The notes under the pieces are model-generated. The model saw only the letters and a list, made by a program, of their open reading frames with translations. It was not told where the DNA came from and made no database searches. From contig JAHQJS010000005.1 of the NCBI GenBank assembly GCA_019057385.1, positions 256,799 through 320,798 on the forward strand: DNA of 64,000 bases, given 5' to 3'. A program made the position numbers and the translations under genes. Origin of the DNA: Candidatus Borrarchaeum weybense (GTDB lineage Archaea; Asgardarchaeota; Sifarchaeia; Borrarchaeales; Borrarchaeaceae). Of this stretch, positions 10,259 to 20,280 are shown piece by piece; position 1 is the stretch's first letter, and every line of letters begins with the position of its first letter.

Positions 10259-11371
10259 ATGAATATTAAGATTCTCACGGCAAATCTTAGGCGTATTGGA
10301 GGTGAACAGAGAGTAGCAATCGAAGAAATCATTGGGCTGAAAAATAAAGGATACAATGTTAAAGGTTACAGTTTTTTAGGCACAAAAGATTTCTGGATTC
10401 TTAAAGGAATACCTATTATCTTTTATCCAAATCTAAAACTTCCTCTCCTCAAACAATCGTTTAATTGCTGGCTCTCATGGTATCTTCCTCCAAAGACTAA
10501 GGGCGATATATTAATATGCCACGGTAATGCTACATTCCCAATAGGTCATAAAATAAAAAATAAACTCTCAAAAATAAAATATATTCCTTATTTTCATACT
10601 TTATATGGTTATGCGCATCCTCTCACATTATTTCGACCATTTAGAAATTTTGCCTTTCATAGAATGGAAAGAAAAATGCTATACAAGGATCTTGTAAATG
10701 CAGACCACATAATTACAAACTCCACGTTTATGACAGATAGATTACTTAATATACACCCAAATTTAACTGCAGAAATTACTGTAATACACCCTGGAGTAAA
10801 AGAACCTAAGAAACCTGAACTACATATACGACGAAAAAAGTTGGGTTTTACTCTCACTAGGATTCACAGAGGTAAACAGCTTGAATTCCTGCTCGAAGTC
10901 ATTAAAGAAATACCAGATATCAAATGGATAATTGCAGGGGCAATAACTCCTCATATAAGAATTATACGGAAAAAAATCTTAGATTTAAAATTAAAAGAAC
11001 GTGTAAAGATACTTCCTTCAATCTCTGAAGAATTATTGGAATATCTTTACTATAGTGCATGTGTTTTCGTCCATGCAAACGTAGAAACTTTTGGGATGCC
11101 TGCATTAGAGGCCCTCGTCCACGGATGTCCAATTGTTCATCCCTATCCTTCTGGCATATGGGATGTCGCTCAAGATGGTATACAAGGATATCAGGTAGAA
11201 CAAAACAATAGAGAAGATTTTGTAGATAAAATAAATAAAATACTAGAGAATCCGCCTCTAAGAGCAAAAATGAGTGAAAAAGGAAAGGATCTAATTAATA
11301 AAGTATCTTGGAACGCGCATTTGGATGCTCTTGAAGATTTAATAAATTCATCAATTTCACCTGCTTCATAA
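10259..11371 (+). CDS. GT4 glycosyltransferase
   Basis: GGEQRV, NS.F, ETFGMPALEAL. Confidence 0.9.
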   Translation: MNIKILTANLRRIGGEQRVAIEEIIGLKNKGYNVKGYSFLGTKDFWILKGIPIIFYPNLKLPLLKQSFNCWLSWYLPPKTKGDILICHGNATFPIGHKIKNKLSKIKYIPYFHTLYGYAHPLTLFRPFRNFAFHRMERKMLYKDLVNADHIITNSTFMTDRLLNIHPNLTAEITVIHPGVKEPKKPELHIRRKKLGFTLTRIHRGKQLEFLLEVIKEIPDIKWIIAGAITPHIRIIRKKILDLKLKERVKILPSISEELLEYLYYSACVFVHANVETFGMPALEALVHGCPIVHPYPSGIWDVAQDGIQGYQVEQNNREDFVDKINKILENPPLRAKMSEKGKDLINKVSWNAHLDALEDLINSSISPAS

Positions 11372-11389
11372 ATCAACAGAGGTGCTTTT

Positions 11390-12499
11390 TTGCGAATCGC
11401 AATCTTTCATGCGAATCTAAATATGGGAGGAGGAGGCGAAAAATGGGTCATGAATGTGGGAAACCTGTTAAAAAAAAGAGGACATGATTTAAGATATTTT
11501 ACGAACGAATATGACCCGGATCTAGCAATCTTTAAAGAATTTGATCGAGAACAAATCGAAATTGTAAAGAATTCACGGGGATTTCAAGGAAAATTCCGAT
11601 CTTTTAGAGAACTTAAATTAATGATGAATGTAGCTAAACGAATCGTAAAATTTAATCCAGAGACAATTATTCTCTCGACAGATCAACATTTGGCACGAAC
11701 ACTCAAAAAATATTGTAAAAAAATAATCATTTCTTATTTTCATACTATGAGCCCCAAAACTCGTGAAAAGTTTTTAACAAGGTTGTATTTGGCTATCCCT
11801 CGTCTTTTAGGATATCAAGATTATTTGTCATCTGATAAATTGATTGCTAACTCATTATATACCGCAAATTTAGTGCGAACGTTTTATCCGAATCTTAACA
11901 TTGAAGTAATATATCCGAGTGTGAATTCTAAAGAAATCACTCCTAATTTCTCGTATAGCCATAATCTTCTTTGTGTAGGAAGAATAGCTCCTTTCAAAAA
12001 CCAAATATTTCTGCTCAAAATATTACCTTATCTCCTTGAAAAACACCCGAATGTACGTTTAGTAATCGCTGGTTATTTTGATCAACAGTATATGAATTAT
12101 CTTGAAGAAATGAACAAGATTATTAAAAATTTAAGACTTGAAGATAATGTGGAAATAAGATTGAATTGTCCTCAAACTGAAATAGACAGTTTAATGAAAG
12201 ACTGTTCGATATTTCTTTCACCATCAATAAATGAATTTTTTGGGATGGTAGTTCTAGAGGCAATGGCTTATGGAAAATGTGTTATTGCACATAATTCTGG
12301 AGGCGTAAGAGAGATAATTACAAATGAATCAGGATTTCTTTTATCAGGGAACTCAAAGGATTGGGCTTTGAAAATGAATATGCTTTTGGAAGATAAAAAT
12401 CGATTGCTTAACATGGGTCATAGTGCAAGGAAACGAGCGGAATGTTTTACATGGGAAAAAACAGTAAATGATTTGGAAAAAATAATGGGCTCACTATAA
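11390..12499 (+). CDS. GT4 glycosyltransferase
   Basis: GGGEK, GRIAPFKN, EFFGMVVLEAMAYG. Confidence 0.9.
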   Translation: MRIAIFHANLNMGGGGEKWVMNVGNLLKKRGHDLRYFTNEYDPDLAIFKEFDREQIEIVKNSRGFQGKFRSFRELKLMMNVAKRIVKFNPETIILSTDQHLARTLKKYCKKIIISYFHTMSPKTREKFLTRLYLAIPRLLGYQDYLSSDKLIANSLYTANLVRTFYPNLNIEVIYPSVNSKEITPNFSYSHNLLCVGRIAPFKNQIFLLKILPYLLEKHPNVRLVIAGYFDQQYMNYLEEMNKIIKNLRLEDNVEIRLNCPQTEIDSLMKDCSIFLSPSINEFFGMVVLEAMAYGKCVIAHNSGGVREIITNESGFLLSGNSKDWALKMNMLLEDKNRLLNMGHSARKRAECFTWEKTVNDLEKIMGSL

Positions 12500-12586
12500 C
12501 GTGAATAACTGTCTTTGTCTTTATCGATGGAGATTGTAAGATATGAATTGTAATATTAGACTACTTAAAACTCATAATAGCACAGG

Positions 12587-13891
12587 ATGAAACTTATGGT
12601 GTGGCGTATTTTCCGCCAATTCATTTTTGGCTCAACAAGTAATGTACTTAATCGGGTAATAGGACTTATTGGTGCGATTATTACCGCGCGACTTTTAGGT
12701 CCAGAGGCTTATGGGCTGCTAGGGATTGTTTTTGCACTAACTCTAACCCTTAATATGCTTGCAGATAGCGGAATTGAACAAGCAATAGTTCATTACGCGG
12801 CAGGCGAAGAAAACGACCTAATGATCGTTTGGTCGGGTTTTATAATTGATTTTTTTATTACCAGTTCTGCCTTTTTGGTTAATGTACTATTTGCAGGCTG
12901 GTTTGCAGTTCAGACACAAAATCCTATAAAGTCACTTACGATACTTGCGGCACTTTACCTGATTCCAAGTGCCTTCGATACATGGAAATCAAGATTGCAT
13001 GCTAAAAAACGAATTGAACTGCTTTCTACAATTTCAGTTGTTAGCACAATAATGCAGACATCCTTCTCCATCGCTTTGATTATTCTAGGTTTTGGTGTTC
13101 AGGGGGCAGTACTAGGCTTCGTAGTTGCAAGGGTAGGCCATACACTACTTTATATGAACTATGGCTTTGGTAAAGGTGAATTTGATCTTAAAATCGTCAA
13201 ACAATTACTCAAATATGGAATACCAAATGGTTTGAGAAATCTGTCTCTGTATACTGTAGGTCGCATAGACCGACTTATACTTGCGTTTTTTGTCACTGCA
13301 TCAGATATTGCGTTTTACGGAATTGCAAATATGATTGGTAGTATGATTCAATTACTTCCTGCAAGCTTTTCTCTAATTATGCTTCCCTACATCTCCGAAG
13401 CGTATAAAAACAACGATTCTCATAAAATTCATGGTAGTTATGCTGCAGGTTTAGTAATTTTTAGCATATGGGGCATTGTTTCGAGCATAGCCGTCTTGAT
13501 TATAGCTGAACCCTTAATTCTGACCGTCTTAGGGCCTGAGTTTCTCCCAGCTATTATTATTTTGAGAATCAGTATATTTGCAGATTTGATGTATTGCCTA
13601 TTTTATGTTATGACTACTACTTTAGATGGTATTCGCCAACCGAAAATAACTTTAATTATAACAGGGGCACAGGCATTAACTACAATCTCATTACTTACAC
13701 TTATCATTCCGTCTTTAGGGATTATTGGAGCAGCATATGTTGATGTTATTGTAAGCATTATTGGTGTCATTTTAGGTTATTTCTATGTCAGAAAACAAAC
13801 ATCTGTTAAGATAAGTCAAAATTTGGGGTATATTAAAGAATTGCTGACGGTTTTAAAGAAAGGGATAAAAATAAATTCTCATGTAGATTGA
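12587..13891 (+). CDS. Wzx-type oligosaccharide flippase
   Basis: ARLLGPEAYG, about 12 TM helices, LIIPSLGIIGAA. Confidence 0.9.
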   Translation: MKLMVWRIFRQFIFGSTSNVLNRVIGLIGAIITARLLGPEAYGLLGIVFALTLTLNMLADSGIEQAIVHYAAGEENDLMIVWSGFIIDFFITSSAFLVNVLFAGWFAVQTQNPIKSLTILAALYLIPSAFDTWKSRLHAKKRIELLSTISVVSTIMQTSFSIALIILGFGVQGAVLGFVVARVGHTLLYMNYGFGKGEFDLKIVKQLLKYGIPNGLRNLSLYTVGRIDRLILAFFVTASDIAFYGIANMIGSMIQLLPASFSLIMLPYISEAYKNNDSHKIHGSYAAGLVIFSIWGIVSSIAVLIIAEPLILTVLGPEFLPAIIILRISIFADLMYCLFYVMTTTLDGIRQPKITLIITGAQALTTISLLTLIIPSLGIIGAAYVDVIVSIIGVILGYFYVRKQTSVKISQNLGYIKELLTVLKKGIKINSHVD

Positions 13892-13902
13892 GGAACTAAA
13901 TA

Positions 13903-14874
13903 ATGCATGAAGATCCTTTTGTGACTATTGGCGTTCCGATTAGAAACGCGATAAACTATCTCGAACGATTTCTAGATGCGCTATATACCATATCATATCC
14001 GAAAAAGTTACAACGTATTGTTTTCGTTGATGCTTCTGATGATGAAACCTATCAACGCTTAATTCAATTTAAAAATAATCATTATCAAGAATACGAATCA
14101 CTTTTAGTAATCCAAGAAAAAGAATATCCCGGTTTTCAACCATATCCTTTAGCTTTACAAAGACTTTCTCAAGCACGCAATATATGTGTAGAAAATGCTA
14201 TTGGAGAATATTTTCTCAGTTTAGATTGCGATGTCATTGTAGAATCTGATGTCATAACAAAATTACTCTCGTATTTTAGTACACCTACTAGAATTGGTGC
14301 AATAGGTATCTCCTATTACAGAAAAAACCTATCATTTTTTGACAGAATAGCGCTTCATCAAGGGAAAAAGGATCTTAGACACGTGGATGCGACTGGTTTG
14401 GGGTGTACAATGTTTAGGATGGACGTTCTCAAATTAGTTGGCAAATTTGATGAGACTAGGTGGGGCATAGATGTCGAAATCTATCAAAGAATTAAGAAAA
14501 AAGGATTTGAAACTTATCTTGATTTTGCTACAATTTATGAACATATTAAGTTGGCAGAGGGGATAGATAATACCTTTGTAGGACTAGTAAAAGACTCTGG
14601 ACGCATATATTCTGAAATAAAGAAAAATAGACCCTTTAATTACATTCGACAGGTTGCATTTTTTTCAATTTATTTAGTAGCGATAGCCTTCGTAATTATA
14701 TCTTACGTTCCGCTGTTGATACTCACAATAATTGGTTTTAGCTTTTATTTCTTAAGAGCACGAGGCATCTTTAGATTGATTAATCCATTCTATTGCTTCT
14801 CAATGGGAATCCTACTAACGTTTTCTTTTTATTATCATTTCCTACTTGATATACTTAATTTTGAAGAATATTAG
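13903..14874 (+). CDS. GT2 glycosyltransferase
   Basis: VTIGVPIRN, ARN, LDCD (DxD), C-terminal TM helices. Confidence 0.9.
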   Translation: MHEDPFVTIGVPIRNAINYLERFLDALYTISYPKKLQRIVFVDASDDETYQRLIQFKNNHYQEYESLLVIQEKEYPGFQPYPLALQRLSQARNICVENAIGEYFLSLDCDVIVESDVITKLLSYFSTPTRIGAIGISYYRKNLSFFDRIALHQGKKDLRHVDATGLGCTMFRMDVLKLVGKFDETRWGIDVEIYQRIKKKGFETYLDFATIYEHIKLAEGIDNTFVGLVKDSGRIYSEIKKNRPFNYIRQVAFFSIYLVAIAFVIISYVPLLILTIIGFSFYFLRARGIFRLINPFYCFSMGILLTFSFYYHFLLDILNFEEY

Positions 14875-14896
14875 ATATTTAGAGGTTTATAAACGA

Positions 14897-15871
14897 ATGA
14901 ATGGTCAAAAAACTATTCCCTTAGTAACCATCGCAATGCCTATAAAAAATCGTGAATGGTGTATAGATAGTGTACTAGACGCAATAGTGAAAGATGAGTA
15001 TCCAAAAAAGAGAATACGCTTTGTATTCGTCGATAATATAAGCTCGGACAACACATATGCTATGTTATTAGAATTCAAAAATAATTTTGCTCACGAATAT
15101 GAGGATGTTATTTTATTAAAAGACGACGGCAATCTTCCACAATTAAGAAATATCTGTATTGATAAGAGTTCAGAGTCGGATTTCCTCCTTTTTCTTGACT
15201 CTGATGTGATTGTTAAAGGAAGCAATACAATAAAAAGAATGATTTCGCTCTTTGAAGATGAAACAGTCGGGATGGTATTTATCCCATATCTGCCCAAAGG
15301 TGGAATCACGGAACTACATGATAGAATATGGGCACTAAAAGAAAAAAAAATCCAAAATGTCCAAGAGGTAGGCATGGGACTCACTATGATAAGAACCTCA
15401 GTTATTCCTACAGTTGGTATATTTGACAAAGATTACCATATGACAGAAGATTGCGAATTCTCATCACGGGTTATAGCAAAAGGCTATAAGATTGTTAAGA
15501 TTTCAGAAGATCCAGCAATTCACCTTCATGTTGAACCAATAGATTATTTTCAAAAACTTTTTATGAATATGGCACCTTTTAGGTGGAAAGTCATCAAGAA
15601 GACATACCCTAAGAGATACATCTACAGACTGATATTGTATTCCCTGTTGATTACAAGTATTTTAATAATTCCAATACAATTCCCCCTCACGCTTATTCCT
15701 TTCATCCTAATATTTAGTACAATCTATGTTTTTCATTTAGTTAGAATGCAAACAATATACGGGAAATTGATTGCCCCTCCATTTTTCATTGTTTCAGGCA
15801 TAATACTGACACTTGGAATTTACCGGGTCATGTTAATCGATTTAAAGAACAAGATAAAAGGCGGATTTTAA
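14897..15871 (+). CDS. GT2 glycosyltransferase
   Basis: VDNISSDNT, FLDSD, TED, C-terminal TM helices. Confidence 0.9.
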   Translation: MNGQKTIPLVTIAMPIKNREWCIDSVLDAIVKDEYPKKRIRFVFVDNISSDNTYAMLLEFKNNFAHEYEDVILLKDDGNLPQLRNICIDKSSESDFLLFLDSDVIVKGSNTIKRMISLFEDETVGMVFIPYLPKGGITELHDRIWALKEKKIQNVQEVGMGLTMIRTSVIPTVGIFDKDYHMTEDCEFSSRVIAKGYKIVKISEDPAIHLHVEPIDYFQKLFMNMAPFRWKVIKKTYPKRYIYRLILYSLLITSILIIPIQFPLTLIPFILIFSTIYVFHLVRMQTIYGKLIAPPFFIVSGIILTLGIYRVMLIDLKNKIKGGF

Positions 15872-15931
15872 CTCTATCAAAATCTAAGTACTACGGGTAA
15901 GTGTGAATATCTTTGATGCGGATTTGAGAAA

Positions 15932-16410
15932 TTAATATTTTTTTATTGTGAAAGATATTTCATGTGGTCTAACAAAAGGAAGAGCAAAATAACCGATTTT
16001 AATTGGTTCTAGACTCACTGTTACGCAATATTTTTTTACTTTAGGATTTAATAACTTACACGCCTTATTAAACCAGGTCTTATTAAAGTATGAAAATGGT
16101 AAGGCGCTTTAGCCGTCCCCGACAATTTATGAGGGCATTTTACCTCAATTTCATCTTTACTAACTCTAACTAACTCTTTTATAAACTTAAATGGAGTTTT
16201 AGTATGTTCTATCACATGATAGGAGATAACTTTATCAAAAGTGTCTGCTCTGAAAGGTAAATAGTTACCATCGGCAACAATATCCGCCTTGGTTTTTGTT
16301 ACATCTTTATTCCGTAAGTAGACACCAGCAGGCAAATGGCACGTTTTAATAAACAAATCTACATTAATGTCACCTTTCGGCTCGTCGCCACAGCCAACAT
16401 CAAGTATCAT
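15932..16410 (-). pseudogene. Class I SAM methyltransferase, apparently frameshifted near 16090
   Basis: LDVGCG, LPFR..TFD, HVIEH; a plausible continuation YFNKTWF...KKY* lies in another frame, ending at 15932. Confidence 0.6.
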
Positions 16411-16468
16411 ATAGATCAACAATTATTTGTTTTGTGTGAATATTAGTGAGCATGATATATACTCATTT

Positions 16469-17623
16469 TCAGAGTCTTAAGGTCATTAGTTCTAGAATCT
16501 GTTCCCTAAAATTTACTTCATCGTAAATCTGTGCTCTTTTTATAACTGAGTCGCTCTTTTTCCTAAAGAAATCCTCGTCACCAATAACCTTGTCGATATA
16601 TGTGGCTATTTCTGATATATGATTAAATAAAAACCCATATTTTCCTCTTTCCAATATTTCGATTGATCCTCCAGAATTATGATTGATAGGTATGCAACCG
16701 CTTGCCATTGCCTCTACAGTACTAATGCCAAAGTGTTCATTTTGCATTGGATGTACAAATACCTTAGATTGCCCTAGTATTTTTTTCACAGTTTTGAAGG
16801 GTGCATTAGGATAGAATCGAACTCTATTGTCGACTCCAAGTTCCTTACATAGCCTCTTTAGTCTTAGAAAGTAAGTATTCATGGCGGGAATCAATCCACC
16901 TATCAAATTTAATCGAACTTTCGTTTCGCATTCGCTTATTGCTTGTATTGCCAGTTCAAACCTTTTTTCTGGTGTAAACCTTCCTAAAGAAACTACTATA
17001 TCTTCTTTACTAGATCCTGGAGAATACTCAGAGACAGAAACTGGTGGATACACAACCTTGACATCTTTTCTATGCCAAACTTTTTCGACAAATCTTTTAG
17101 TAAACATGCTATTTGCACACACTATATCTGAGAAATCACCGTCAGCAGGTAATACAACTCTTCTTTGAAACAGAAGGTAAAGTTTCCAGTATATGTTATA
17201 TGGAAAACGAAAATATTTCTCAGGAAGAAGTTCTTTTATAGATGTTTCTGCGACGGTGGGAAAATGAACGTATCTTAAAACTTTAGCATTGTATTTTTTA
17301 ACATCGCTCTGTAATGGTTTGATAAATTCCATATCTAGAAAGACACTTTCCGGATGAAATTTCTTTATAGCCTTTCTTATAGGTAAATATGTAATAAGTC
17401 GGTGAAAGATTCCGAAGAGGTTTATATATTTTTTAAGAAGATAAAATTGTTGCGGCTCTTCAATTAAACTTATGCCAAAATTCTTTTCGAAAGTTGCTTT
17501 CGCATTGAATTGAGATGTTGTAGCAATCGCTACATTATGCGCTTTTTGTAAGGCTTCATCGACAACAATTGCACATAACCTTTCTCCTCCACCTTTCGAT
17601 TCGAAAAGATGATGTGCCACCAA
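16469..17623 (-). CDS. GT4 glycosyltransferase (Alg11-like mannosyltransferase)
   Basis: GGGER, YVHFP, GRFTPEK, EHFGISTVEAMASG. Confidence 0.85.
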   Translation of the reverse strand: MVAHHLFESKGGGERLCAIVVDEALQKAHNVAIATTSQFNAKATFEKNFGISLIEEPQQFYLLKKYINLFGIFHRLITYLPIRKAIKKFHPESVFLDMEFIKPLQSDVKKYNAKVLRYVHFPTVAETSIKELLPEKYFRFPYNIYWKLYLLFQRRVVLPADGDFSDIVCANSMFTKRFVEKVWHRKDVKVVYPPVSVSEYSPGSSKEDIVVSLGRFTPEKRFELAIQAISECETKVRLNLIGGLIPAMNTYFLRLKRLCKELGVDNRVRFYPNAPFKTVKKILGQSKVFVHPMQNEHFGISTVEAMASGCIPINHNSGGSIEILERGKYGFLFNHISEIATYIDKVIGDEDFFRKKSDSVIKRAQIYDEVNFREQILELMTLRL

Positions 17624-17730
17624 TATTCTCAGCTAATAATGCCTCCTTAATTAGGAATATCCCATTAATGCTTATTCAGAATTCCTACTTAAGATAATTA
17701 AAGTATTTCTAAGAGAATTTGAGGTTAAAA

Positions 17731-17745
17731 GAGAAACTTTAAATA
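17731..17745 (+). promoter_or_regulatory. BRE/TATA promoter of the rps13 operon
   Basis: GAGAAAC-TTTAAATA about 100 nt upstream of rps13. Confidence 0.55.
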
Positions 17746-17844
17746 GTCAACTACATTAAGTATTCTCCCTTACTTTCTGGGATAAATATCCCATCAGAAA
17801 TGTTTTATGAACATTTATGGCTAATCAAATAAAAAAGGAACTAG

Positions 17845-18312
17845 GTGTCGTTATTGTCATCGTCTTTCAGACATATTATTCGTATAATAGGTACAGATAT
17901 CGATGGAAATAAACGGTTAGACATGGGCTTAACTGATATTCCAGGTGTTGATATTCGGTTATCCCATGCAATATTACATGTAGCTGATATGGACCAAACT
18001 TCAAGAGTTGGTTTTCTTAGCGATCGTGATGTGAAAAAACTTGAAGATATCATTACAGATCCCTCAAATAATGGTATTCCAAAATGGTTGTTAAATCGTC
18101 AAAAGGATCCACACACTGGCGAGGATATACATTTATTAGGCGCTCGACTAAGACTGATGACAAAAACTGATATTGATTTACTGATGAAACTCAAAACATA
18201 TAAAGGTATACGCCATTCGCAAGGACTAAAAGTGAGAGGACAAAGAACAAGGACTACTGGACGGAAAGGCAGAGTTGTTGGAGTGCGCTTGAAGAAAAGA
18301 AGCGGCAGATAA
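17845..18312 (+). CDS. rps13: 30S ribosomal protein S13 (uS13)
   Basis: IP.WLLNRQKD, GIRH..GLKVRGQRTRTTGR. Confidence 0.97.
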   Translation: MSLLSSSFRHIIRIIGTDIDGNKRLDMGLTDIPGVDIRLSHAILHVADMDQTSRVGFLSDRDVKKLEDIITDPSNNGIPKWLLNRQKDPHTGEDIHLLGARLRLMTKTDIDLLMKLKTYKGIRHSQGLKVRGQRTRTTGRKGRVVGVRLKKRSGR

Positions 18313-18324
18313 AGGTGATGCGTT

Positions 18325-18864
18325 ATGGGTGATCCAAAAAAACCTAAGAAAAAGTATAAGAAACCCTTTCATCCGTGGGGAAAAAATCGAATGGCTATAG
18401 AGCTCGAATTAATCGGTAAGTATGGTCTTCGTAATAAGAAGGAATACTTACGGCATGAGGCGTATCTGAGAAAGATTAGAGAACAAGCTAGGCAAATTTT
18501 AGCTATTCTAGAAACTGATAAAAGAGAGAAAGTAGAAAAGGAAATATTATCAAGATTAGAACGCCTTGGATTGATTCAAACAGAGGCAGTTATTGATGAT
18601 GTCCTTAGTTTAACAACTGAAGATCTTTTAAAACGTCGACTTCAAACTATAGTTTTTAGACAAGGCTTTGCAAAATCTATTCATCATGCGAGACAACTTC
18701 TTCTTCATGGTCACATAGCACTTCGAGGTCAAAAAATAACTTCTCCAAGTCGTCTATTGCTTAAGGAAGAAGCAAAAGAGTTAACGTATGCATCTTCGAG
18801 TCCATATATGGAAGATAGTCACCCAGAACGTCCATCTACACCAATTCCTGAATCAACTGAATAA
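18325..18864 (+). CDS. rps4: 30S ribosomal protein S4 (uS4)
   Basis: [27 protein letters not shown]. Confidence 0.97.
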   Translation: MGDPKKPKKKYKKPFHPWGKNRMAIELELIGKYGLRNKKEYLRHEAYLRKIREQARQILAILETDKREKVEKEILSRLERLGLIQTEAVIDDVLSLTTEDLLKRRLQTIVFRQGFAKSIHHARQLLLHGHIALRGQKITSPSRLLLKEEAKELTYASSSPYMEDSHPERPSTPIPESTE

Positions 18865-18890
18865 AAATAGTTTTTCTTGAGGTTAATTAT

Positions 18891-19289
18891 ATGAGTCACA
18901 GAAAAGAACAGAAATGGGGCGTTGCCCATATTTATTCTTCTTATAATGATACAATTGTTCATATAACGGACCTTACTGGTGCTGAAACTATTGCGCGATA
19001 TAGCGGAGGTATGATCGTTAAGGCAGATCGAGAAGAAAGCAGTCCTTACGCTGCCATGCAAGCCGCTTTTAGGGCTGCAAATGAAGCAAGAGATAAGGGT
19101 ATTTCAGCTCTTCATATAACTGTAAGAGCACCGGGTGGTCATGGCGCAAAAACACCAGGCCCAGGCGCACAAGCAGCAATCCGTGCTCTAGCCCGTGCAG
19201 GTATGCGGATTGGTAGAATTGAAGAAGTCACACCAGTTCCTCATGATGGAACTAGACGCCCAGGCGGTCGTCGTGGAAGACGCGTTTAA
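18891..19289 (+). CDS. rps11: 30S ribosomal protein S11 (uS11)
   Basis: [29 protein letters not shown]. Confidence 0.97.
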   Translation: MSHRKEQKWGVAHIYSSYNDTIVHITDLTGAETIARYSGGMIVKADREESSPYAAMQAAFRAANEARDKGISALHITVRAPGGHGAKTPGPGAQAAIRALARAGMRIGRIEEVTPVPHDGTRRPGGRRGRRV

Positions 19290-19421
19290 GAATTTTTTGT
19301 TTTCTAATTACTATTATACTGTAAACACTCTCGAAAATGGAAATACAATTTCCATTCTTGTGTTCTACAAAATGACAATAGTTAATGCAACGATTTTTTA
19401 ATTCTTTAAAGAGAATTAGAA

Positions 19422-19548
19422 TGGCGCCGGGGGAGGGATTTGAACCCTCGAGCTCCAATGGAGCACAGGCTCTCAGATCTGGTTTCCAGGCATGAGCTGC
19501 AATGAATGACGCTTGCATCTGCTCCCTACCAGGCTAAGATACCCCGGC
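19422..19548 (-). tRNA. tRNA-Ser (most likely GGA) with two introns (29/30: 19492-19518; 37/38: 19472-19483), CCA encoded
   Basis: Acceptor GCCGGGG/CCCCGGC-G-CCA, long variable arm GCTCC/GGAGC, TTCAAAT loop; intron 1 has a GAGC/GCTC helix with AGA and ATG bulges; intron 2 has a relaxed helix. Confidence 0.85.
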
Positions 19549-19656
19549 ATATTCAGCATTGGATACCCAAAATCGATTGGTTTCTAGAAGGCACCTTTGT
19601 TTAAATATTTATAGGCTAGGTGCTAAAGCCCCCTGTACGAATTAAAAATTATATAA

Positions 19657-20256
19657 CTATATTAATGACTTATATACATGATATCCTGCCTTTTTTCCAA
19701 TTTCTAAGACCGTATTAAACACGTTATTCAATTTTTCATATACTCTATTGTGTCCCCTTCTTATGACTAATTGAAGAGAGCCTTGTGATGTAAGATGAAG
19801 AGGAGCCTCTTCAATAATTTGGAAGACAGTTTTCATGCCGCTTGAAACTGGAGGATTTGTCACAATAATATCGAATGTTTCCTTATCTCCTTGAATAGGC
19901 TCATAAAGGTCGCCCCATCTTGCCTCTGCATTTTTAATGTAATTTTTTTTAAGATTACTCTTCGTAAGATTGATGGCTCGTCTATTAATGTCTGTCAGAA
20001 CAACTTTACTATTAGGAGATATTATTGATGCTGCTACGATACCAATTACTCCTATTCCACAACCAAGATCCAAAACCCTGTCCGAGTTGGTCAAATCCAT
20101 TTTCTCGATAAGCAATTGCGTGCCTTTATCGATTTTGGATTGTGAAAAAACGTCTGGAGCAGAAACGAACTCAAACAATTTACCTCGTAGATACACAGAA
20201 ATTGTTTTCGTTTTTAACGAGGATGTGGGCATTTTAGACGAATATGGCTTTGGCAT
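19657..20256 (-). CDS. RsmC/MJ0882-like SAM-dependent methyltransferase
   Basis: VFS..KID.GT.LL, LDLGCG.G, TNPP. Confidence 0.9.
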   Translation of the reverse strand: MPKPYSSKMPTSSLKTKTISVYLRGKLFEFVSAPDVFSQSKIDKGTQLLIEKMDLTNSDRVLDLGCGIGVIGIVAASIISPNSKVVLTDINRRAINLTKSNLKKNYIKNAEARWGDLYEPIQGDKETFDIIVTNPPVSSGMKTVFQIIEEAPLHLTSQGSLQLVIRRGHNRVYEKLNNVFNTVLEIGKKAGYHVYKSLI

Positions 20257-20280
20257 TTTTCTCAGGGACCTTATCTTTTA

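Noticed and set aside
16070-16100. Methyltransferase frameshift as another intron
   Set aside because: Looks like a 1-nt deletion with no extra sequence or hairpin
19195-19518. ORFs 19195-19401 and 19252-19518
   Set aside because: They overlap rps11 and the tRNA-Ser gene; spurious
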